DNA from: Chloroflexota bacterium
Lineage (GTDB): Bacteria > Chloroflexota > UBA11872
Direction: 5' to 3'
DNA: 64,000 nt
NCBI GenBank assembly: GCA_026707585.1
Contig: JAPOWQ010000006.1
Coordinates: forward strand, 174,411 to 238,410
A model generated the notes under the pieces. That model ran no database searches and had not been told where the DNA came from. It saw only the letters and a program-made list of their open reading frames with translations. This document shows, piece by piece, positions 29,142 to 40,424 of this stretch; the first letter of the stretch is position 1; each line of letters begins with the position of its first letter. Made by a program: the position numbers and the translations under genes.

Positions 29142-30065
29142 ATGAGCGCGAGCACCTGGGCCTATTCGAACGGTGAGATCGTCCCGCTGGAGCAGGCCCG
29201 CTACTGGCCGAACGACCTGGCCATCATCTACGGCGAGATCGTCTACGAAGCCACGCGCACCTTCGGCGGCCAGCCCTTCAAGCTCAAGGAGCACATCGAT
29301 CGGCTCTACCGCTCGCTGCTCTACTGCCGCCTGGACCCGGGGCTGACGCCCGAAGAGTTGACCGAGGTCACGCTGCAGGTCGTGGAACGCAACAGCCCGG
29401 ACCTGCCGGAGGGCAGCGACACCTGGATCTTCCACAACATAACCCGTGGTACGCACCCGCAGTTCCCGAGCGTGGGGCGCGGCGACGCCGGGCCCTCGGT
29501 ACTGGTGTGGACGCACGAGCTGGGCTTCAAGTACTGGTACCGCTACTACCAGGAGGGCGCGCACTGCGTGACGCCCTCGATCCGCCAGGTCAGCATCGCC
29601 ACCCAGGATCCGCGCATGAAGACGCGCAGCCGCATGTTCCTGGCGCTGGCGGAGCAGGAAGTCAACGCCCTGGCGCCGGGCGCCTACACGCTGCTGCTGG
29701 ACGACGAAGGGCGTATCGCCGAGGGCACCGGCGCCAACTTCATGCTGGTGTCCGACGGCGCCATCCTGACCCCGCGCACCGGCACCGGCCTGGCCGGCGT
29801 AAGCCTCGCCACCGTCCGCGAGCTGAGCCTGGACCTGGGCGTGGAAGTCCGCGAGGCCGACCTGACTCTTTACGACGTCTTCAACGCCGAGGAGGCCTTC
29901 CTCAGCAGCACCCCCTACTGCCTGCTGCCCGTCACCCGCGTCAACGGCACCCAGGTCGGCACCGGCCACCCCGGCGACCTCTTCGCCCGCCTCATCGACG
30001 CCTGGAGCGAAACGGTTGGCGTAAACATCATTGAGCAGGCTCGGAGGCTGGGCGAGGCGGCCTAA
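29142..30065 (+). CDS. Class IV aminotransferase (branched-chain/D-amino-acid aminotransferase or aminodeoxychorismate lyase family)
   Basis: The fold-type IV PLP pattern is recognisable ('...IVYEATRTFGGQPFKLKEHIDRL...', 'EAFLSST' near the C-terminus). Confidence 0.8.
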   Translation: MSASTWAYSNGEIVPLEQARYWPNDLAIIYGEIVYEATRTFGGQPFKLKEHIDRLYRSLLYCRLDPGLTPEELTEVTLQVVERNSPDLPEGSDTWIFHNITRGTHPQFPSVGRGDAGPSVLVWTHELGFKYWYRYYQEGAHCVTPSIRQVSIATQDPRMKTRSRMFLALAEQEVNALAPGAYTLLLDDEGRIAEGTGANFMLVSDGAILTPRTGTGLAGVSLATVRELSLDLGVEVREADLTLYDVFNAEEAFLSSTPYCLLPVTRVNGTQVGTGHPGDLFARLIDAWSETVGVNIIEQARRLGEAA

Positions 30066-30128
30066 CGCTCTGAGGCGGCTCGTGTCAGACTGACGGCCAG
30101 AGGCGGCGCGGGAGCGAGGCCGGCAACC

Positions 30129-30797
30129 ATGGGTAGCGGCTTCATCAACCGGATGCTCCGCGCCCTGCGGCTGGATGCGAGCCTCTACCGCGAGGTGTCG
30201 GCCGCTGACGGCGATACCCGGCAGGCAGCACTGGTGGTTCTGCTTACGGCCGCGGCCGCCGGCACCGAGGGCCTTTGGGTGAGTGCTAGCGGCGCTGGAC
30301 TCATAGCCCTAACGCACGTGGCCGCTTGGCCGGCCTGGGCCTTAGGGATCTGGTTAATTGGCGCGCGACTGAAAGCGCCAAATGGCGAGGCGTCGGGATT
30401 CTGGCAAGTCGCTCGCGCTATCGCGGTTGCACAGGCGCCGGGCGTGTTCTTCGCGCTCGGCCCCGTCCTCTTTGTGACCCTGGGACCTCTCGCGGGCACG
30501 GTTCGGTCTCTGGTCTTCGTCTGGGTGCTAGTCGGGACCTTCCTCGCCGTTCGCGAGTCGGTAGGGCTGAGCAACGGTCGGACGCTGGGCGTGCTGATCG
30601 CTGTGGGTGCGGCCATTGCGGTGCTGTTGGGACCCGCAATCATATTCGTATCCGTCTGGGCACTGTGGCCCCAGGTGACGATGGGCCCCATGGTTGCGCT
30701 GACCTCGTATGGGTTGTTTGATTTCAACCTCGGCCTGGGTCTGATCGACATGGTGATGCGCCTCGTCCTGCCCGCCGCGTTCGAGATCGTCGCGTAG
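30129..30797 (+). CDS. Yip1-domain integral membrane protein, paralogue 1
   Basis: 'MGSGFINRMLRALRLDASLYREVSA...' followed by 5 TM helices, which matches the Yip1/YIF1 family. Confidence 0.65.
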   Translation: MGSGFINRMLRALRLDASLYREVSAADGDTRQAALVVLLTAAAAGTEGLWVSASGAGLIALTHVAAWPAWALGIWLIGARLKAPNGEASGFWQVARAIAVAQAPGVFFALGPVLFVTLGPLAGTVRSLVFVWVLVGTFLAVRESVGLSNGRTLGVLIAVGAAIAVLLGPAIIFVSVWALWPQVTMGPMVALTSYGLFDFNLGLGLIDMVMRLVLPAAFEIVA

Positions 30798-30812
30798 CAA
30801 GGAGCGGCGGCG

Positions 30813-31703
30813 ATGGGCCACGGTCTGATCAGCCGGATGCTCCGCGCCCTGCGGCTGGACGTGAGCCTCTACCGCGAGGTCGCAACGTCCGACGCGGGCA
30901 ATGGGCAGGCGGCGCTTGTGGTGCTGCTCGTGGCTACCGGGTCCAGCCTTGCTTGGATCGCCAGCTTCATCCTGTACTGGGTCGACATTCCCGAGTTACG
31001 CCGGGCGTGGAGACTGCAAGACGGCTGGGACGGATGGATACACACGGCGGACTTGGGCGCGATCCTTCAGTCAGCGATTCCGCTGGCCGGCTATAGGACT
31101 GCCGCTCTTGTGGTTGCCTGGCCGGTCTGGGCGGCTGGGCTCTGGCTGCTAGGTACTCGCTGGTCGAAGCCAAACCACTCGCCGCCGTGGTTCGGACATG
31201 TCACGCGCGCCTTGGCGTTCGCACAAGTGCCGGCTCTGATTCCTGTAATCGCTATAGCTTTGCTGATGGCGACTTGGTTTGCCGTGGGCAGCCAAGCCAT
31301 CTACGTGCTGAAGCCAAACGACGTTCAACATCTCACGTCGCTTCTTAAAGAGACGGTAAACGTCACCTACACCGTCACACCTGCCTGGGTATCGGTAGCC
31401 ACGTTTCTTGCCATGCGCCAGGCGCTGGGATTAAGTGCTGGACGCACACTGGTGGCGTTGGGGGCGGTCGGGGCCGCCACCGCCGTGTTGCTTGGACTGA
31501 TTGCGACCGCTGCGGCCATCGCCGCCGGCGGCGAGCCGTGGGCTCAGTCTGGCAGTCCCAGCAGCGAGCGTGCGTCCGAGGCGGTGTTCGCTGTCGCATA
31601 TCCCATTGCGGAAGGCTTCAGTTTCAACTTTGTTGTCGAACTCAGTGAGCGAGTCGTTGTGGAGTTGGCATCCGTATTTGGAACCGAGCCCTGGGATCCG
31701 TAG
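30813..31703 (+). CDS. Yip1-domain integral membrane protein, paralogue 2 (with extra C-terminal ~70 aa)
   Basis: The N-terminal 40 aa are almost identical to paralogue 1 ('MGHGLISRMLRALRLDVSLYREVAT'). Tandem arrangement. Confidence 0.65.
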   Translation: MGHGLISRMLRALRLDVSLYREVATSDAGNGQAALVVLLVATGSSLAWIASFILYWVDIPELRRAWRLQDGWDGWIHTADLGAILQSAIPLAGYRTAALVVAWPVWAAGLWLLGTRWSKPNHSPPWFGHVTRALAFAQVPALIPVIAIALLMATWFAVGSQAIYVLKPNDVQHLTSLLKETVNVTYTVTPAWVSVATFLAMRQALGLSAGRTLVALGAVGAATAVLLGLIATAAAIAAGGEPWAQSGSPSSERASEAVFAVAYPIAEGFSFNFVVELSERVVVELASVFGTEPWDP

Positions 31704-31749
31704 GGCAAGGCAGGCAACCGCCGCTCCCAGTCCGATTCGCTGAAGCCAG

Positions 31750-32817
31750 CTAGGGATTGACCGGCAGCAGCTTGATGCAGACGGGATTGGGGACTTGGGT
31801 TGTGTGGCTGGTGGGGTGGAGGTGGCCGGTTTGGGGGTCGATGCGGAAGGTGACGATGGTGTTGGTGTCCTGGTTGGCGGCCAGCAGCCAGGTTCCCGAG
31901 GGGTCGATGGCGAAGTTGCGGGGGGTCTGGCCCTGGGTGGATTGGTTGCCCAGGCTGGTGAGGCGGCCGGTAGCTTGGTCGATGGCGAACATGGCGATGC
32001 TGTCGTGGCCGCGGTTGGAGCCGTAGACGAACTTGCCCGACGGCGCGACGTGGATATCTGCGCAGGTGCTCTCACCGTCGAAGTCGTCGGGCAGGGTGCT
32101 GACGGTCTCGACTTCGCCAAAGATTCCCTGGTCGGCCACGTAGTGCAGCACGGTGATTGACGAGGCCAGCTCGTTGATCAGGTAGGCGAATTGGCCGTTG
32201 GGGTGGAAATCGAAGTGGCGCGGCCCCGCGCCGGCCGGAGTGCGCACCCAGGGCACGTGGTGGGGCGCGAACGTGCCGTTCTTCAGGTCGAGGTCGTAGA
32301 CCAGCAGCTTGTCGATGCCCAGATCGGGAGCAAAGGCCAGGCGGTTGGTGGCGTCCAGGATGATCGAGTGGGCGTGCGGTCCCAGCTGCCGCACGGGATG
32401 GATGCTGGTTCCCTCGTGCTGAACGAAGCTGGTGTGCGGGCCCAGGCTTCCGTCGGCCTGAATCGGCAGCATGGCCACGCTGCCGCTGCCGTAGTTGGCC
32501 AGCAGCACATACGACTCGGTGGCATCCACGCTGATGTGGCAGGGGACTTCACCGCCCGTGAGCTGCTCGTTCAGGTAGGTCAACTCGCCGGTGGCGCCGT
32601 CGATGGCGTAAGACTTGATAACGCCGTGCGACTCCTCGCCGACGGCGTAGAGGTTCCGTCCTGACGGCGACACTTCCACCCACGACGGATTGGAAATGCC
32701 GCCGATAACGCTCAGACGTTCCAGTTCGCCGGTGCCCGCATCGAACCGGTACGTATAGATGCCCTCGCTGGCGCCCGTCGTGTAAGTGCCGATGAAGGCG
32801 AAGTACTGGTTGCTCAT
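31750..32817 (-). CDS. 6-phosphogluconolactonase-type lactonase (7-bladed beta-propeller, 3-carboxymuconate cyclase-like)
   Basis: 'MSNQYFAFIGTYT...GIYTYRFD' start and repeated 'P..V..SPSG..LY..N' blades. Confidence 0.8.
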   Translation of the reverse strand: MSNQYFAFIGTYTTGASEGIYTYRFDAGTGELERLSVIGGISNPSWVEVSPSGRNLYAVGEESHGVIKSYAIDGATGELTYLNEQLTGGEVPCHISVDATESYVLLANYGSGSVAMLPIQADGSLGPHTSFVQHEGTSIHPVRQLGPHAHSIILDATNRLAFAPDLGIDKLLVYDLDLKNGTFAPHHVPWVRTPAGAGPRHFDFHPNGQFAYLINELASSITVLHYVADQGIFGEVETVSTLPDDFDGESTCADIHVAPSGKFVYGSNRGHDSIAMFAIDQATGRLTSLGNQSTQGQTPRNFAIDPSGTWLLAANQDTNTIVTFRIDPQTGHLHPTSHTTQVPNPVCIKLLPVNP

Positions 32818-32842
32818 CGGGCCGTCCTCCGATCCAACTCCC

Positions 32843-34432
<1,590 letters not shown>

Positions 34433-34567
34433 GGCGGTCGTGTGGCTCCCTTGGTCGGTGTGGACAGTGCGGCGCGCGGCTAGAGCGGGCCGGTGGGTTC
34501 GGGTCGGTACGTAGTCGCCTCTTGGGGCGGCCCTATCTTATTCGACGAAACCGGCTCGTGGGCGAAG

Positions 34568-35506
34568 TCAGACGATGCGTTCGCCGTCGAAGCCGGCGGG
34601 GCGGCGGCCGGCGGTGGCCTGGCGGGCGGCCTCGATCGACTTGCTGCCGGCCTGCAGGGCGCGGTCGTAGTCGCCCAGGCGGAAAGCCTCCAGATGCTCG
34701 TCCCAGGAAGCATCCGGTGTTTTGCCGGGCGCATCGGCCGAGGCCAAATGTGCGCGTCCGAAGACCACCATGTCGTCCAAGGCGACCTGCTGCGCCACGC
34801 ACTGGCGATGCTTGCGGCGTTCGATGGGGTCGTCCAGCGCCACGAGGCGACGTGCGGCGGCGGCTACGCGGTCGATCAGGGTCGCGGCGTAGTGCTCGCC
34901 TTTTTTGCGGCTGGCATGGGTACGCGGGTCCTCGCCGCCGACCCCTTCGGGCCACCTGTCGGGTGCGGGGTCCAGGGCGTCCAGGTCAACCGTCTCAGGT
35001 TCGAGGTACATCATGATTGAGGTCTCGATGGCGGCCGCGTGGTCCATCGGCTTCTCGAAGTCGGTCAGGAGATGCGCGTCGACGGCGGCGAGCACCAGGA
35101 TGTCCGACTGCCGCATGGCTTGCAGCGCGGCGCGGCGATAGGCCAGGTAGTCCTCGCTGCCGCCGTGTCCGCCCAGCCAGATCACGACCTTGGCGCCGTT
35201 ACGCGCCAGGTAGTCGAGGACGGTCTGGGTGTTGGACTGGATGAGGTCAGGCGCGGCCGGCATGCCCAGCGGCGACGGCACTTCCCACGCGCCCAGGAAG
35301 ACGGTGGGATAGACCAGCCCGCCGATGCGTTCAGCGGCTAGGCGGCAGATGGCGGTGGACTTCACGGCATCCAGACCCACCGCGTTCTGGCGACCGTGCC
35401 ACTCCAGGGGGCCGGAGGGCACGTAGACGCAGGGAAAGTCGGCGAGCGCGTCCCAGATCTGTTGGGGACGGCAGCGTTCCCAGCGACGCTCGATCGGTGC
35501 GTCCAT
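34568..35506 (-). CDS. Creatininase/creatinine amidohydrolase family protein
   Basis: 'LEWHGRQNAVGLD', 'GGHGGS' and 'AAIETS' are the creatininase-fold metal-binding signatures. Confidence 0.75.
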   Translation of the reverse strand: MDAPIERRWERCRPQQIWDALADFPCVYVPSGPLEWHGRQNAVGLDAVKSTAICRLAAERIGGLVYPTVFLGAWEVPSPLGMPAAPDLIQSNTQTVLDYLARNGAKVVIWLGGHGGSEDYLAYRRAALQAMRQSDILVLAAVDAHLLTDFEKPMDHAAAIETSIMMYLEPETVDLDALDPAPDRWPEGVGGEDPRTHASRKKGEHYAATLIDRVAAAARRLVALDDPIERRKHRQCVAQQVALDDMVVFGRAHLASADAPGKTPDASWDEHLEAFRLGDYDRALQAGSKSIEAARQATAGRRPAGFDGERIV

Positions 35507-35507
35507 G

Positions 35508-36374
35508 TTATGGGGCCTTGCCGACCCGACCGAGCACGCCCTTCGACGTGAGGTTGTCGTACACCTCCCGGGCCCAGGACACCTCGGAGTCGTCCTCCGG
35601 CGCGTAGCCGATGACGCGGCGGGCGTTCTCCAGGCCCCAGAAGGAGCGGGTGTTGTCGGAGATGCCGTAGAAGACCTGCCAGGGGATGCCCCACTCGTTG
35701 TCGATGTTCTCGGTCTCGATTGACTTGACGAAGAGCTGGGTCAGGTCGCGCGGGCTGATGTAGGCGCCCAGGTTGCGGCGGACGGGATAGCCCTGGATGT
35801 CGCCCGAAAGCGCGGTGGGATCGAGCTGGCGCGGGGCGCCGATGCGGATATGCACGTTCTCGAGCTTGCGGCCCAGCGTGCCGGTGGCAAAGACGAAGCC
35901 CAGGTGCTCGTAGGACTCCTTGGCCCAGCCGTAGTAGTTGTCGGAGAGCGGGCGGATGTCGTTGGTGGCTTGCAGCATGTCCATCTCGCGGCTGCGCAGC
36001 AGGTGTTCGTAGAAGTCGGCCGCGTGGTTGGAGCTGGCCATCACGACGCGGCGCACGTTCTCTTCCAGTGACAGCCGGAAGACGTTGTAGGCCATGCGGA
36101 TGTTGTCCATCTCGCCGTCGAAGTGCTCGCGGACGTCCTCGGTGCGACGAATAAAGGCCAGGTGGATGACCGCATCACAGCCGGTGAAGAGCGGGCGCAG
36201 CGTCTCGCGGTCGTCGAGCAGGCTCTGGACCTGGACGCCGGGGACCTCGGAGCCGCCGCGGCCGGTGGTGGTGACGTCGATGAGGGTGTAGTCGTAGCGT
36301 TCGCGCAGGGTGGGCAGCATCTGGGCCGCCACGTAGCCGGCGGCGCCGGTGACGAGAACCTTGGGACGGGCCAT
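35508..36374 (-). CDS. NAD-dependent epimerase/dehydratase (extended SDR)
   Basis: 'MARPKVLVTGAAGYVA' is the GxxGxxG Rossmann motif, and 'YGWAKE' is the YxxxK catalytic dyad. Start ATG per the track frame. Confidence 0.8.
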   Translation of the reverse strand: MARPKVLVTGAAGYVAAQMLPTLRERYDYTLIDVTTTGRGGSEVPGVQVQSLLDDRETLRPLFTGCDAVIHLAFIRRTEDVREHFDGEMDNIRMAYNVFRLSLEENVRRVVMASSNHAADFYEHLLRSREMDMLQATNDIRPLSDNYYGWAKESYEHLGFVFATGTLGRKLENVHIRIGAPRQLDPTALSGDIQGYPVRRNLGAYISPRDLTQLFVKSIETENIDNEWGIPWQVFYGISDNTRSFWGLENARRVIGYAPEDDSEVSWAREVYDNLTSKGVLGRVGKAP

Positions 36375-36767
36375 GGGGTTCACCTTGAAGCTGGTGCCGC
36401 ATCGTAGCAATGGAGGGACAGGTGCGGCTTTCGATCTTGACGTTCGCTTTTTGTACGGTATATTGAACCGACCGTGTGAGGAAGGTTCCGACGGCGCGGC
36501 ATCCCCACAAGCCGGCAAGCCGAGCCCTCGCTCCCCGCGGACGGCCAGTAGCCGTCCCAAGTCTCGCGGCCGCGCGAATCCCCCTGCCGCGGCGGCCGAT
36601 GAGACCGATAGGCGAGTGGTTGAGCAGCCGGCGGCTGTTCCTCCTTCGCGCCGTCGGGACCTCCTCCGCGCGGTTCACGGGGCGCCGGCGTGGAGTGGCA
36701 GCTGCCGGACCCGCCGCGCAGCCGGTGTCTAGCATTGGGGCTCGCCGATGGGAGGAAGCGGAACGCA

Positions 36768-37598
36768 ATGTCCAACGCGAGCGTCGGTCGCATCACTGTC
36801 GGCACGGCCAATTGGTCGGACCACACGGGTTTCTATCCGCGGGGCACCAAGCCTGGCGAGCGGCTGGCGTACTACGCGTCGCGGCTGGGGGTTGTCGAGG
36901 TCAATGCCAGCTTTTACCGGCGAATCGACCCCGGCGTCTATGCGCAGTGGGCGAGGCAGACGCCGGAGGCGTTCACGTTCCTGGTCAAGGCGCACCGCGC
37001 AGTGGCGAACCCGCCGCGAGACCCGCAGTTGGCCGCCGAGTACATCGCGAACCAGTTCAAGGACGTACAGCCACTCCGGGATGCGGGGAAGTTCGGCGGG
37101 TTCCTGGTGCAGTTGGGCGCAAATGTGCGACCGAAGCCGCAGACACTTGAGCACTTGGCCTTGCTGCGCGCCGGAATGGGTGACGATCCGATTGCCATCG
37201 AGCTTCGGCACTTGGCCTGGCTGGACGAGATGCGAGCAGAGACGCTGGAGCGGCTGCGTGCGCTTGGGCTAGGCGCCGTGATTGCCGACGAGCCGCGGGC
37301 GGCGGCGGTCGGCTTGCCGGAGCCCGTGGATGAGCTGACGGCGCCCGCGCTGGCGTACTACCGCATCATGGGACGCGACAACGCGGGCGAGGTGTCAGCT
37401 CGCGAGCGCCGGGCGTTGCGAGCGGAGCACGCCTACACGGACGCGGAAATTGCAGAACTGGCCGATCTGGTGACCGCCCGACACGAGCCCGCCACCGCCA
37501 GCTACGTGATCTTCTACAACAAGAAGGGTCCGAATCGGGTTGAGGCGGCGATGCGAATGGCCGCGGAGCTTGAGCGGCGGGGCTACTCGACCGGTTAG
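36768..37598 (+). CDS. DUF72 (YecE-like) family protein
   Basis: 'GTANWSDHTGFYP...YYASRLGVVEVNASFYR' is the canonical DUF72 N-terminus. Confidence 0.75.
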   Translation: MSNASVGRITVGTANWSDHTGFYPRGTKPGERLAYYASRLGVVEVNASFYRRIDPGVYAQWARQTPEAFTFLVKAHRAVANPPRDPQLAAEYIANQFKDVQPLRDAGKFGGFLVQLGANVRPKPQTLEHLALLRAGMGDDPIAIELRHLAWLDEMRAETLERLRALGLGAVIADEPRAAAVGLPEPVDELTAPALAYYRIMGRDNAGEVSARERRALRAEHAYTDAEIAELADLVTARHEPATASYVIFYNKKGPNRVEAAMRMAAELERRGYSTG

Positions 37599-38743
37599 GG
37601 AGCGGTCGACGCCGACGCGTCGGCGACCTCTTGCAGGACACTCAGCAAACTTTCGGCGGCGCGGGGCCAGGTGAAGTCGCGGGCACGTTGTCTGCCGCGA
37701 GCCACAAGTTCGGCGCGGCGCTGTGGCTGAGTGACAACCCTCTCGATGGCTGACGCGATGGCCTGGACATCAGTCGGATCGACAAGCTGTGCCGCCCCGC
37801 CGGTGATTTCGGGCAGGGAAGTCGTGTTGGAAGCGATGACGGGGCAGCCGAGAGCCATGGCTTCGAGAGGTGGGTGGCCGAAAGTCTCGGCCAGCGAGAC
37901 GTAGACCAGGGCGTCGGCCTGCTGGTAGTGGGGACCGATCTGGTCGTGGGGAACGGGGCCGAGCAGCGACACGGAGTCGCCTACTCCAAGCTCGGTCGCC
38001 ACGCGCCTTAGGTCGGCGGCGGTGTGGTCGGCGTCCGCGCCGACTATGCGCAGGTGATGAGGAATCGCATTGCGGCGCCGAAGCGACGCGAATGCCTGGA
38101 GCAGGCGCGGGTAGTTCTTGTGGCCGTAGAAGGTGGAGACGGCCAAGAGATAGGGGCGCTCGGTTCGACGGGCGGGTGGCGGCTTGTGCAGCGCGCTTGC
38201 GATGTGCGGGGCCAGACCGTGGTGAACTACGCGGAGGCGGCCTGGAGCTAAGCCCAGCAAGCGCTGCGCGTCGCGGGCGGCCGCCGTCGTGCCCGCTACG
38301 ACTCGGTCGGCGCCGAGCAGCGAGCGACGCAACGCGAACTGGAGGTACATGCGTCGCAGCCAGCCAAACTGGCGCGGGTGGGTGAAGCACTGCAAGGAGC
38401 GCAGCATGACGACGCGCGGTTGCGGGCCGAACGGCGGTGCGACGTTGACGGTGTGGAGGGAGACGTGCGGGCGAAGACGTCGAAGAGCGAGCGCGTAGCC
38501 GGAGTTCTGGTAGAGGACGCGAACCGGGCGCATCCGAGCCGCGAAGCGTACCGAGTGAACGCTGGTGCTGGGCCTATTGGAAAGTTCGTGCAGCGGCGCG
38601 AACGCGGGACAGAGAACATGCCATGAGCAGTGCGGTGCCAGGTCGGCCAGCGCGCCGACGAGGTTGACGGTGGTGTGGCGCAACGGGCCGGCTCCGGGCA
38701 GCAGTCCGGCGCCGGCGGCAACAGCATCCACGGCGACACGCAT
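37595..38743 (-). CDS. Glycosyltransferase family 4 (GT-B, group 1)
   Basis: C-terminal 'ADALVYVSLAETFGHPPLEAMALGCPVIASN' is the GT4 E-x7-E region. The N-terminal 'MRVAVDA' is a typical GT4 start. Confidence 0.75.
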   Translation of the reverse strand: MRVAVDAVAAGAGLLPGAGPLRHTTVNLVGALADLAPHCSWHVLCPAFAPLHELSNRPSTSVHSVRFAARMRPVRVLYQNSGYALALRRLRPHVSLHTVNVAPPFGPQPRVVMLRSLQCFTHPRQFGWLRRMYLQFALRRSLLGADRVVAGTTAAARDAQRLLGLAPGRLRVVHHGLAPHIASALHKPPPARRTERPYLLAVSTFYGHKNYPRLLQAFASLRRRNAIPHHLRIVGADADHTAADLRRVATELGVGDSVSLLGPVPHDQIGPHYQQADALVYVSLAETFGHPPLEAMALGCPVIASNTTSLPEITGGAAQLVDPTDVQAIASAIERVVTQPQRRAELVARGRQRARDFTWPRAAESLLSVLQEVADASASTAP

Positions 38744-38827
38744 GCCGACCGCCTGGGCAGAGCCCACGGCGTCGCCAGCGCCCGTGCCTGTCGGCTCGGC
38801 GGGCGCCACGGCGGGGGTGCCGCGGCG

Positions 38828-39514
38828 CTACAAGCCGAGCAGCTTGCGGTAGCCCTCGAGCGTGAATTCGGGCGAAGCCGCGAACTCCTTGCGCCGGGTT
38901 TCGTCGGCAATCACCTCGCGGGCGGCATCGGCCACCTCGGCGGCGATTTCGGAGGGGATGACCACCAGCCCGTTCACGTCGCCGTGCAGCAGGTCGCCGG
39001 TCTGGATGGGGACGCCGTCAATGACCACCGGCTCGCCGGCGTCGTAAATCACGGCCGTCCCATGCGCGACCACGGGGCCGCGGGCGAAGTAATGGAGGCC
39101 CAGGTCCTCGACCTCGGGAAGGTCGCGCACGCCGCCGTCGGTCACCAGCCCGATCCCGCCCAGCGCCCGGATTAATGTGCCCATCACGTCGCCGCAATGA
39201 CAGGACTTGGACGGGTTGTTGCCGGCGTCCTGGACGACGACCACGGAAGGCCGGGGCGACCGGTCCATCGCTTCCCAGAGGCCGAATTGGAGGGCCGGGT
39301 CGCGCCGACGCGCGTGGGTGGTGCTGTCGCCCTTGGCGGTGACGGCGTAGCCGACCATTGGCTCCGTCTTGTTGGGAAACAGGGCGCGGACGTTGGAGCC
39401 CACGTAGCCGAGGGTCTGGTCGCGAACCTTGAAGGGCTCTATGGCGTTGGCGATGGTGGCCGAGTCGAAGGTCTTGAGTTCCTCAAGTTGGGCGTCGGTC
39501 AGGGTGGCGGCCAT
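38828..39514 (-). CDS. RraA family protein (RNase E regulator RraA / 4-hydroxy-4-methyl-2-oxoglutarate aldolase-like)
   Basis: 'GDVMGTLIRALGGIGLVTDGGVRD' and 'HGDVNGLVVIP' match the RraA/MenG-like family. Confidence 0.8.
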   Translation of the reverse strand: MAATLTDAQLEELKTFDSATIANAIEPFKVRDQTLGYVGSNVRALFPNKTEPMVGYAVTAKGDSTTHARRRDPALQFGLWEAMDRSPRPSVVVVQDAGNNPSKSCHCGDVMGTLIRALGGIGLVTDGGVRDLPEVEDLGLHYFARGPVVAHGTAVIYDAGEPVVIDGVPIQTGDLLHGDVNGLVVIPSEIAAEVADAAREVIADETRRKEFAASPEFTLEGYRKLLGL

Positions 39515-39572
39515 GGGGCAGGGTCTCCGGATGCGTTCGAGCGCACGCTAGCAGAGGCGTGCCGGGCCGCGC

Positions 39573-40370
39573 CTAGGCCAGTTCCCGAGCCCTTCGGGTT
39601 GCGGCGTCGATAGCGGCGCGCATGGCGGCGGGAAAGTCGAAGTCTTCAAGCGCCGCCAGGGCGGCCGCCGTTGTGCCGCCGGGCGACGTGACGGCTTCGC
39701 GCAGGGCGGCCGGCTGGCTGCGGGTGGCCTGCCAGAGGGCGGCCGATCCGGCGATGGTCTCCCGCACCAGTTCTGTGGCCATGTCGCGGTCGAGCCCCTG
39801 CACGGCGGCGGCATCGATCCAGGCTTCGGCCAGTAGGTAGACGTAGGCGGGGCCGCTGCCGTGGACGGCGGTGGCGACGTCGATCAGCAACTCGTCTTGG
39901 AGTTCAACTTCCATTCCCAGCGCACCCAGCACGGCGCGCGTGCGGTTGCGATCGGCGGACGTAACGCCGCTGTCGGCCGTCCAGACGGAGGCGCCGCGAC
40001 CGACCTGGGCGGCGATGTTGGGCATGACACGCACTACGCGGTCGGTTCCCAGGCCGTTGCGCAGCGTCTCGAGCGTGACGCCGGCCATGATCGATATGAC
40101 CAGCGCCGAGTCGTCAAGGGACGGGCGGAGCGTGGGGGCGAGGTCCTGAAAGTTCTGGGGCTTGACGGCCAGGATGATCAGGGACGCCCCAGACACGGCG
40201 GTGTCGGCTTCGCCGGTGACGCCGATGCCGTAGTCCTGGGCGAGCGCCGCGCGGCGTTCTGCGACGACTTCCGCCGCGATAAGGTCGGCCGGCTCGAGTC
40301 CGCCCCGCGCGATCAGGCCACGAATGATGGCCGCACCCATGGCCCCGCCGCCGACTACCGCTGTATGCAC
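39573..40370 (-). CDS. proC: Pyrroline-5-carboxylate reductase
   Basis: 'VVGGGAMGAAI' NADP Rossmann motif and a C-terminal 'TSPGGTTAAAL' P5CR dimerisation signature. Confidence 0.9.
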   Translation of the reverse strand: MHTAVVGGGAMGAAIIRGLIARGGLEPADLIAAEVVAERRAALAQDYGIGVTGEADTAVSGASLIILAVKPQNFQDLAPTLRPSLDDSALVISIMAGVTLETLRNGLGTDRVVRVMPNIAAQVGRGASVWTADSGVTSADRNRTRAVLGALGMEVELQDELLIDVATAVHGSGPAYVYLLAEAWIDAAAVQGLDRDMATELVRETIAGSAALWQATRSQPAALREAVTSPGGTTAAALAALEDFDFPAAMRAAIDAATRRARELA

Positions 40371-40424
40371 TGGTGCGCTCTTCTTCGTGGCTGGACTGGG
40401 AAGGATCGTACCCCGTGCGAGGTG

